Positions 48,749-55,712 of a stretch of 64,000 nucleotides of DNA are shown here, piece after piece. The stretch's first letter is position 1. Each line of letters begins with the position of its first letter. Made by a program: the position numbers and the translations under genes. Origin of the DNA: a bacterium (GTDB taxonomy: Bacteria; Patescibacteriota; Minisyncoccia; UBA6257; JAGOQP01); assembly GCA_021814695.1 (NCBI GenBank), contig JAKAHY010000005.1, positions 1,364 to 65,363 on the forward strand. Direction: 5' to 3'. Under the pieces are notes generated by a model. That model ran no database searches and was not told where the DNA came from. It saw only the letters and a program-made list of their open reading frames with translations.

Positions 48749-49348
48749 TTATATTTTTTGAACCTGAAGAGAATCTATTTCAACCGTTGTCTCTCTTCCG
48801 AAAACAGGAACAGTCACTTTTATGCGGCCGTGTTCTTCATCAACTTCCGTTATTTTTCCCTCATATTCCTTGAACGGACCGTCAATAATCTTTACCAAAT
48901 CCCCAACCGAGTAGTCAACAGTAAATTTCGCTTCTTTCTCCTTTTCCATTCTGGACATCAGATATTCTATTTCGTCTCTTGAGAGCGGGGTGGGTTTTGT
49001 AGAATCCGGACCGACAAATCCCATTACACGCGGAGTATTTCTGACAACATACCACGAGTCTTCGGTCATAATCATATCAACCAAAACATATCCGGGATAA
49101 ATTTTTTCTTCGATGGTCTTTCGTTTTCCGTTTTTTATTTTTATTTTCTGATCTTTGGGAACAACGACGTCAAATATCTTATCGGTCATACCAAGAGATT
49201 CAACGCGCTGTTTTAAATAGCGCGCTACCGCATCTTCGTAGCCAGAATAAGTGTGGACTGCATACCAACGACGAGTATCCTTGTCCGCATCTGAAATTTG
49301 CAGACCTGATTTTTTTTCTTCTTTTTTTTGCTGATTGCTTTCCGACAT
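48749..49348 (-). CDS. nusG: Transcription factor NusG
   Basis: WYAVHTYSGYE, YPGYVLV and KOW motif IIDGPF. Confidence 0.98.
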   Translation of the reverse strand: MSESNQQKKEEKKSGLQISDADKDTRRWYAVHTYSGYEDAVARYLKQRVESLGMTDKIFDVVVPKDQKIKIKNGKRKTIEEKIYPGYVLVDMIMTEDSWYVVRNTPRVMGFVGPDSTKPTPLSRDEIEYLMSRMEKEKEAKFTVDYSVGDLVKIIDGPFKEYEGKITEVDEEHGRIKVTVPVFGRETTVEIDSLQVQKI

Positions 49349-49354
49349 AATGAT

Positions 49355-49540
49355 TTATAACAATAATTGACTGAGCAGGTATGAAAACAACATATCTAAA
49401 AATCCAAGAAATATGGCGATTGCCAAAGAAAAACCGACTACAACAAGTGTCAAATTTATAGTCTCGTTTTTGGTCGGCCAATTAACCTTCCTTAATTCGT
49501 TATATGACTCTTTAAAATAATTTTTGATTCTGGCTATCAT
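49355..49540 (-). CDS. secE: Preprotein translocase SecE
   Basis: ELRKVNWPT motif plus one TM helix; upstream of nusG. Confidence 0.95.
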   Translation of the reverse strand: MIARIKNYFKESYNELRKVNWPTKNETINLTLVVVGFSLAIAIFLGFLDMLFSYLLSQLLL

Positions 49541-49611
49541 GGATTATGTGGATTTAAAAAAGGCCCACGCGCCTATGCACATATCGTACCTACGCCAATA
49601 CTAAATGTCAA

Positions 49612-49740
49612 TCCCGAACCTTTGGTAAATTGCGCGAAGTGCCAGAACTGCCCCATACATAAAATAATTTCTGAATTCAATAACTTAAACATAATGGCTT
49701 TAAATATATACTATTTATAATATTTACCGAAGGTGCGGGA
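49612..49740. mobile_element. MITE-like element 2 (imperfect 19-bp TIRs, TCAA direct flanks)
   Basis: TCAA|tcccgaacctttggtaaat...atttaccgaaggtgcggga|TCAA. Confidence 0.65.
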
Positions 49741-49745
49741 TCAAG

Positions 49746-51776
49746 TTATATATCCAGATTCTTCACAGTTGCCGCACGGCTTTGAATGAAGTGTTTTCTG
49801 GGCTCAACTCTTTCCCCCATAAGAATGTCAAAAAGGCGGTCAGCTGCCTGGGCATCCTCTATTTTCACCTGTTTCATAATTCTTGTGGTCGGATCCATTG
49901 TCGTTTCCCACAATTGCTGGGGGTTCATTTCTCCAAGACCCTTATAGCGCTGTATTAAAACGCCTTTGACTTTTTCCTCCCCTCCTTCTTCGGTAGAAGT
50001 TTCAACGTTCTTCTCCTCTTTTTCTTCTTTGTCTTCTTTAGCTTTCTTTTTTGCAGCTTTTGCCGCCTGCATTGAAGCTGAAATTTTATCCTTCTCCTGG
50101 TCGGAAAAAGCATACGCGAACTCTTTTCCGGATTGCACCCTGAAAAGCGGCGGCTGGGCAATATACAAATATCCCCTTTCTATAATTTCTCTAAAATAAC
50201 GGTAAAAAAGAGTCAAAAGAAGAGTGCGAATGTGAGCGCCGTCAACATCGGCATCGGTCATAATTACTATCTTGTGATAGCGGATTTTTTCCACATTAAA
50301 ATCGTTGCCAATGGCAGTCCCAAGAGCAATCACGAGCGATTTGATCTCGTTATTAATAAGCATTTTATCCAATCGGGATTTTTCGACATTGAGAATTTTC
50401 CCTCTGAGCGGCAATATAGCCTGAAATCTCCGATCTCTGCCCTGTTTTCCCGAACCTCCGGCCGAGTCTCCCTCGACAATAAATAATTCAGATTCTGAAG
50501 GTTCTTTCGATGTACAGTCGGCAAGTTTACCGGGAAGCGCCAGTCCTTCCAACGGACCCTTGCGCAATACGGTTTCTTTGGCTGCTTTAGCCGCCTTTCT
50601 GGCCTTTGCGGCCAAAAGACACTTACCCACAATGACCCTGGCTTCAGACGAATACTTTTGTAAGAACTCTTTTAGAGCTTCGGCAACAACAGCCTCAACG
50701 GCGGTTCTGGCGGGAGGATTTCCTAGGCGGGCCTTGGTCTGTCCCTCAAACTGAGGCTCTCTGATTTTTACCGACACAATGGCTACTATGCCCTCTCTCA
50801 CGTCATCACCGGTAAGATTTTCTTCCTTATCCTTAATATAGCCGTTCTCACGGGAATAGTCGTTTAAAACACGGGTAAGCGCGCTGCGAAATCCGGTCAG
50901 GTGCATTCCCCCGTCGGGCGTATAAATATTGTTTGCAAAACTCAACTCCTGAGTCTCGGGATCATTGTCATAGACAAATGTGGCCTCTACCTGTATATCC
51001 TCGTATTCCTTGTTTACATAAAATGGAGTTTCCTGCGCCGTTTCACCAAACTCATTCAAATACGAAAGAAATGAAAGCAATCCTCCTTCAAAACAGAACG
51101 AGTAATATAAGGGAACTTCTTCCCGCTCGTCTATAATTTCAATTGTTATCCCTTTGACCAAGAAAGCCTGTTGCCTTAAATGGTCTATGATTTTCTTCCG
51201 GTCGAATTCTATCTTGGAGAATATTTCCTCATCCGGTTGAAATGTTATTTTTGTACCCGTTGTTTTGGAATTGCCTATTTTTTTGACTTTATACTGCGGG
51301 ATTCCTTTTTTATATTCCTGAATATACGAACCTCCGTCTTTGTTTACTTCCGCCTTCATCCATTTGGAAAGGGCGTTAACAACCGCCGCTCCGACACCGT
51401 GCAAACCTCCCGAAACTTTATATGAATCTCCTCCAAATTTTCCTCCGGCATGAAGCGTGCAGAGAGCCGTTTCAAGAGCGGATTTTTTTGTCTGAGGATG
51501 CACATCAACCGGAATTCCTCGGCCGTCATCCGTAACGGCTACTATATTGTTCTTCAGCAGTTCTACTTTTATATGTTTTGCAAAACCGGCCATCGCTTCG
51601 TCGATAGAGTTATCAACGATTTCCCACACCAAATGATGCAAGCCATCGACTCCGGTGGAGCCGATGTACATTCCTGGGCGCTTTCTGACAGGCTCAAGAC
51701 CCTCAAGAACATAAATGTCCTTAGCGCTATAAGAAGCTCCGTTATTTTGTTCCTTTTTTTCCTCTTTTTTTGCCAT
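49746..51776 (-). CDS. gyrB: DNA gyrase subunit B
   Basis: EIVDNSIDE, GGLHGVG, VEGDSAGG, MTDADVDG and RYKGLGEM. Confidence 0.96.
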   Translation of the reverse strand: MAKKEEKKEQNNGASYSAKDIYVLEGLEPVRKRPGMYIGSTGVDGLHHLVWEIVDNSIDEAMAGFAKHIKVELLKNNIVAVTDDGRGIPVDVHPQTKKSALETALCTLHAGGKFGGDSYKVSGGLHGVGAAVVNALSKWMKAEVNKDGGSYIQEYKKGIPQYKVKKIGNSKTTGTKITFQPDEEIFSKIEFDRKKIIDHLRQQAFLVKGITIEIIDEREEVPLYYSFCFEGGLLSFLSYLNEFGETAQETPFYVNKEYEDIQVEATFVYDNDPETQELSFANNIYTPDGGMHLTGFRSALTRVLNDYSRENGYIKDKEENLTGDDVREGIVAIVSVKIREPQFEGQTKARLGNPPARTAVEAVVAEALKEFLQKYSSEARVIVGKCLLAAKARKAAKAAKETVLRKGPLEGLALPGKLADCTSKEPSESELFIVEGDSAGGSGKQGRDRRFQAILPLRGKILNVEKSRLDKMLINNEIKSLVIALGTAIGNDFNVEKIRYHKIVIMTDADVDGAHIRTLLLTLFYRYFREIIERGYLYIAQPPLFRVQSGKEFAYAFSDQEKDKISASMQAAKAAKKKAKEDKEEKEEKNVETSTEEGGEEKVKGVLIQRYKGLGEMNPQQLWETTMDPTTRIMKQVKIEDAQAADRLFDILMGERVEPRKHFIQSRAATVKNLDI

Positions 51777-51904
51777 TAAAATCTATAAAAAGCCACTAAA
51801 AATGGGATCAATTTAACCCCTTTTGTTGATCTAAGATTAGCATATTTTGAGCTAAAAAACAAGCCGGAATTGTGTTAAAACAGGGTAAAAATAGACACGG
51901 AAAT

Positions 51905-52050
51905 TTGGGTGGCCTACGGGATTTGCCTCTCGCTCTGCTGAGTCTCGAGACCTTCGCAGCCTCTTCGGCAGCTGCGGCCCGCGGTTCAAATTCTATGAAG
52001 ATTTCCCAGAAAATAATAAGTTCTCCGAAGGGAGAACTTATTATTTCTTG
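51905..52050 (-). repeat. tRNA-His trailer: hairpin, inverted T-arm copy, core and 21-bp direct repeat
   Basis: ttgggtggcctacgggatttg at 51905-51925 and 52048-52068; hairpin 52005-52052; ggttcaaat at 51983. Confidence 0.82.
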
Positions 52051-52122
52051 GGTGGCCTACGGGATTTGAACCCGTGATAACAGTGCCACAAACTGTTGTG
52101 TTACCACTACACTAAGGCCACC
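52051..52122 (-). tRNA. tRNA-His(GTG)
   Basis: G-1 and C73, GTGGCCT/AGGCCAC acceptor and ACAGT-TTGTGGC-ACTGT anticodon arm. Confidence 0.96.
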
Positions 52123-52217
52123 ATACAACTTACAAAGACACTATAAATTATCTCAAGATATATTTCAATACCATTTTTCTTGATTTTATCAATAGTTATC
52201 AATAGAATGGATGTATT

Positions 52218-52289
52218 GCCCCCATAGTTCAATGGATAGAACGACTCCCTTCTAAGGAGTAGATCTAGGTCCGATTCCTGGTGGGGGTA
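52218..52289 (+). tRNA. tRNA-Arg(TCT)
   Basis: GCCCCCA/TGGGGGT acceptor, ACTCC-CTTCTAA-GGAGT anticodon arm and TCCGATT T-loop. Confidence 0.94.
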
Positions 52290-52368
52290 CATAATCACAA
52301 AAACGACTTTATGATGTTTTTTGCGCTTAACCTCTAAAAGACGCTCTGATGAAGATATAAGGATAAAG

Positions 52369-52743
52369 TTATAAATCAAGTTTTCTACCCTTATAATTTA
52401 AAGCTTCTTTAATAAATTTTTTTTCGTCCCTACTGCTATGCTCTATCAAATGACAGTTAGCGCATAATAAAATACATTTCTTAATTTCGTTTTTTATAGA
52501 ATTCCAACTTTTATTTCCAACATTTCCAAGATTAAATTCTTTATTTTTTGGGTTTGTGTGGTGAAATTGGAAAGCTGATTGATTACCAGACCAACCACAT
52601 TTTTTACATTTTCCTCCAAGATATTTTATTGCAGCTAATTTTGTTCTATATCTCCTAATTTTTGTATTACAAGAACCACATCTGCTTCTGCACTTATTTT
52701 GATAATCTTTAAAATTATTTTTACAAAGCTTACATATTCGCAT
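52369..52743 (-). CDS. Free-standing HNH endonuclease (phage-type, Zn-binding)
   Basis: GGKCKKCG...FQFHHTNP...KCILLCANCHLIEH plus N-terminal CxxC pairs; markedly AT-rich. Confidence 0.88.
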   Translation of the reverse strand: MRICKLCKNNFKDYQNKCRSRCGSCNTKIRRYRTKLAAIKYLGGKCKKCGWSGNQSAFQFHHTNPKNKEFNLGNVGNKSWNSIKNEIKKCILLCANCHLIEHSSRDEKKFIKEALNYKGRKLDL

Positions 52744-52833
52744 ATTCTCAGTATAACACGTGTCGCTCTACCAAAAAACAGAACATTGCAAAAACGAATC
52801 CTTGTGATAATATTTGTTGGTACATTTAAATAT

Positions 52834-53200
52834 GCCGCGGTAGCTCAGTGGTAGAGCGCATCCCTAAACTCTTTGGGGCTTTTCCGAGTAATCGGGATTG
52901 AAAAATCGGGTGAAATCGGTGGAAATCTCTAAATAAATTTTATTTTTAGACAATACCGAGCCAATCCTTCGCTAAAGCTTCGGATTGCAAGCAAGCTGTA
53001 TCTAAATTTTGCATAGAATAGAAAGTTTGCCTGCCGTAGCCTTCAGCGTAGGCAGGTGTAGAGACTATCCTTTATGGAGTACTCCGGCGGTTCCGCCAGA
53101 GGAAGCGCCCGATCCCCGCCTTTTGGTGGGGAATGATATAGTCCAAAACTCTTAGTCATGGAAGAGGATGGCGTCGGGGGTTCAATTCCCTCCCGCGGCA
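52834..53200 (+). tRNA. tRNA-Phe(GAA), exons 52834-52865 and 53161-53200
   Basis: Joined exons give a 72-nt cloverleaf with GCCGCGG/CCGCGGC acceptor, CATCC-CTGAAGA-GGATG anticodon arm and TTCAATT T-loop. Confidence 0.92.
52866..53160 (+). ncRNA. Group I self-splicing intron (295 nt, no ORF)
   Basis: P1 with U.G at the 5' splice site, P10, P3, P4, P7 (GTAGAGACTA / GATATAGTCC), P8 and terminal G. Confidence 0.92.
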
Positions 53201-53392
53201 CAATAAAAAACATTCACATTTTAAGTGGATGTTTTTATTTGCTGCGGGGAGCGAGCAAACTGATTTGCTTGCGTTAGGGAATTGAACGCCGGAGCATGTT
53301 TCGGCCAGCAGGCAGAAACGCGAGGCGGCGGCTAGACCAATTCGAGCGACGGCGAGAATTGAGTCGGAGCCAATATTATCCCGCGGCACAAT
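53201..53392 (+). repeat. tRNA-Phe trailer: hairpin, inverted 3'-end copy, core and 14-bp direct repeat
   Basis: TCCCGCGGCACAAT at 53191-53204 and 53379-53392; inverted pieces at 53240-53250 and 53276-53287. Confidence 0.8.
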
Positions 53393-53405
53393 GAACAAAA
53401 AAGCC

Positions 53406-53813
53406 CTAAAAGGCTTTTTTGTTCATCATGACCGATTCCACTAAATCCCCCACGAAAGGTAATTTATACCTTTCGCCTTTATACGCCTTAAACATAGTAA
53501 TCACCCACACCGCAAATCCAAGCAGTGAAAGCAGGCCACCGACAAACCAACCAAAAAATGGAATTATTCCTACGATAAAAGACAGGACATTGAGCGACAA
53601 AAACACGAAGATTGACTGAAGTGCGTGGAACCGAATAAAATCGTTTTTATTTTCTATAACCAGAAAAACAATCCCTCCAACCCAAGCAAACAGATAACAC
53701 AAGACCGCCTCTATATTTTCCGGCAATCCCAATGCCGTCTTCTTGTGATCGGCCTGGGATTCCTTAATTTTATCCCCGTGAACGTGGTTACTCTCTTTTT
53801 TTGTTTCGTCCAT
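53406..53813 (-). CDS. DUF4870-like membrane protein
   Basis: FIRFHALQS and KAYKGERYKLPFVG. Confidence 0.85.
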   Translation of the reverse strand: MDETKKESNHVHGDKIKESQADHKKTALGLPENIEAVLCYLFAWVGGIVFLVIENKNDFIRFHALQSIFVFLSLNVLSFIVGIIPFFGWFVGGLLSLLGFAVWVITMFKAYKGERYKLPFVGDLVESVMMNKKAF

Positions 53814-53873
53814 AATATTTTGTTTAACTTATTGAATTATAACCTACCTTGGCTATACTGTATAGGTAAATTA

Positions 53874-53944
53874 CGGGCCGTAGTGTAACGGTAGCACGAG
53901 TGCTTTGGGAGTATTTAGTCCGGGTTCGAATCCCGGCGGCCCGA
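53874..53944 (+). tRNA. tRNA-Pro(TGG)
   Basis: CGGGCCG/CGGCCCG acceptor and AGTGC-TTTGGGA-GTATT anticodon arm. Confidence 0.95.
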
Positions 53945-54011
53945 CTTGAACAAAATACTCTGCCTTGTGCAGAGTATTTTTTTGAGATTCAACCAAGATA
54001 AATCCGACATC

Positions 54012-55199
54012 TTAAACTCTGACCTTCTGCCTGGCTAATGCCGATTTTACTATTCCGTCAACCAATTCATCATAAGATATTCCGGATGCTTGAGCGGCCA
54101 TAGACATAATATCTTCCCGGGCCAAATATGGATTAAGGTTGGCCTCAAGAACGTAAAGCTTGCCGTCATTGTCCATTCTCATATCAATACGGGCATAATC
54201 GCGGACATCCAAGGCTCTGGCGACTTTTACCGCTAAATCGCCCATTTTCTTTTGAATCTCTTCCGGGAGCGTTTTTTTAAGGTCTTGTCCGTAATTAAAA
54301 TCTATTTTTTTGAACTCTTCCGACTTTTCGTCGATTTTGGCCTTGTTGGAATAAATTTTAGGTTTTCCTGCCGGCCATTTGGAAAAATCCAGCTCAACAA
54401 TAGACAGCGGCTTGGCATTACCGTCATCGCCTATAACCGAAACATAAAATTCCCTGCCATCAATAAATTCCTCCACCATAACGTCTCCCCCCAATGTTTC
54501 ATGAAGTTCTTTTACCTTCTTAACCAGAGATTCATAATTATTAGCGACAGAGTTATCGTCAATGCCTATAGAAGCATCTTCTCTAACCGGTTTTACAAAC
54601 AGTGGATATGTAAATCCTTTAGGTACTGCAACGTCCTGGCCGACGCGCACCACGAAAAAATCGGCATACGATATTCGATGGAAATCAAAAATCTTTTTAC
54701 TTACGTGTTTGTCTCCACTCAGAAAAAGCCCTCCCGATGTAGCTCCGGTAAATGGTATCCTGAACATTTCTATTAAGGCGGTAACATTGGAATCGAACCG
54801 GTCGTTGTTTCGGAAAGTTTCAACAAGATTAAAAATTAAATCCGGCTTTGCCTCTCTTATGCCGTTAGTTATCTTGTCGATGCTTTGATTAATCGGCAGA
54901 AGAGCCACCTGATATCCTCGGGATATAAGAACTTCTTCAACATTATCGACAACTTCGTCGTGAGTAGGAATCTGATTGGGATATTCCTGATAGAAAAGAA
55001 TCAGGATTTTTGTTACCGGTTTAGACAACAAATTTTTTTTGACGTCACCATCCCCGGACGAATTTAAAACCGGCGATGAAGGCGTCTGGACATCCATCTT
55101 CCTTGAAGAAATCTTTTGTAATTCCGGTCTGGAATTTAATTGCGTATCGGACATTGTTGTCTTTTTATTAACAATATCATAACGGATATTCAAATACAA
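54012..55199 (-). CDS. ATP-grasp protein, D-Ala-D-Ala ligase family (true start possibly 55154)
   Basis: PLFVKPVREDASIGI, VEEFIDGREF, YARIDMR and LEANLNP. Confidence 0.85.
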   Translation of the reverse strand: MYLNIRYDIVNKKTTMSDTQLNSRPELQKISSRKMDVQTPSSPVLNSSGDGDVKKNLLSKPVTKILILFYQEYPNQIPTHDEVVDNVEEVLISRGYQVALLPINQSIDKITNGIREAKPDLIFNLVETFRNNDRFDSNVTALIEMFRIPFTGATSGGLFLSGDKHVSKKIFDFHRISYADFFVVRVGQDVAVPKGFTYPLFVKPVREDASIGIDDNSVANNYESLVKKVKELHETLGGDVMVEEFIDGREFYVSVIGDDGNAKPLSIVELDFSKWPAGKPKIYSNKAKIDEKSEEFKKIDFNYGQDLKKTLPEEIQKKMGDLAVKVARALDVRDYARIDMRMDNDGKLYVLEANLNPYLAREDIMSMAAQASGISYDELVDGIVKSALARQKVRV

Positions 55200-55255
55200 A
55201 AAATTTATGCAAAAAATCCCCCCGGAATCGTCCGGAGGGGTTTTATTTAAAAGGT

Positions 55256-55645
55256 TTATTTCATTCCCAAGGTATCTCTGACTTTAGTGACAACGTCTTC
55301 GATTTTCCAATCGGATTTTATCAGATAGTATGCCGGCTCATCTTTGGCCACGGCCCAGGTAATTTTATCATCCGCCGTCAAGTTGGTAAGAATTATTATA
55401 GGAACTTTGCGGCCGTATACGTTTTCTTCCCTTAAACGCCTCATCATCTCCACCCCATCCATCTTTGGCATTGCCAAATCCAATAGGATAAGATCGGGGC
55501 GTTTTTCCAATGCGGTTCTCAGGCCTTCCGCTCCGTTTTTTGCCTCATGAACGGTAAATCCTTCCCGGATAAATTTTTCTGACAAGGCATTCAAGACCGA
55601 TGGCTCGTCTTCCACAATCAGCAGTGATTTTGCTTGCTGTTCCAT
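55256..55645 (-). CDS. Single-domain response regulator
   Basis: LIVEDE, LLDLAMP and ILTNL. Confidence 0.93.
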   Translation of the reverse strand: MEQQAKSLLIVEDEPSVLNALSEKFIREGFTVHEAKNGAEGLRTALEKRPDLILLDLAMPKMDGVEMMRRLREENVYGRKVPIIILTNLTADDKITWAVAKDEPAYYLIKSDWKIEDVVTKVRDTLGMK

Positions 55646-55712
55646 GTCTAATTTATATTAATATTGACCTTTGGGTTTATAAAAAAATAATAGCACAAAA
55701 AACTCCCAAGCA

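Noticed and set aside
8093-51776. Inteins or introns in dnaB, dnaE or gyrB
   Set aside because: Protein lengths are ordinary and motifs are contiguous.
51905-53944. Prophage or integrase-bearing island at the tRNA cluster
   Set aside because: No integrase or phage structural genes; the att-like repeats enclose under 200 bp.
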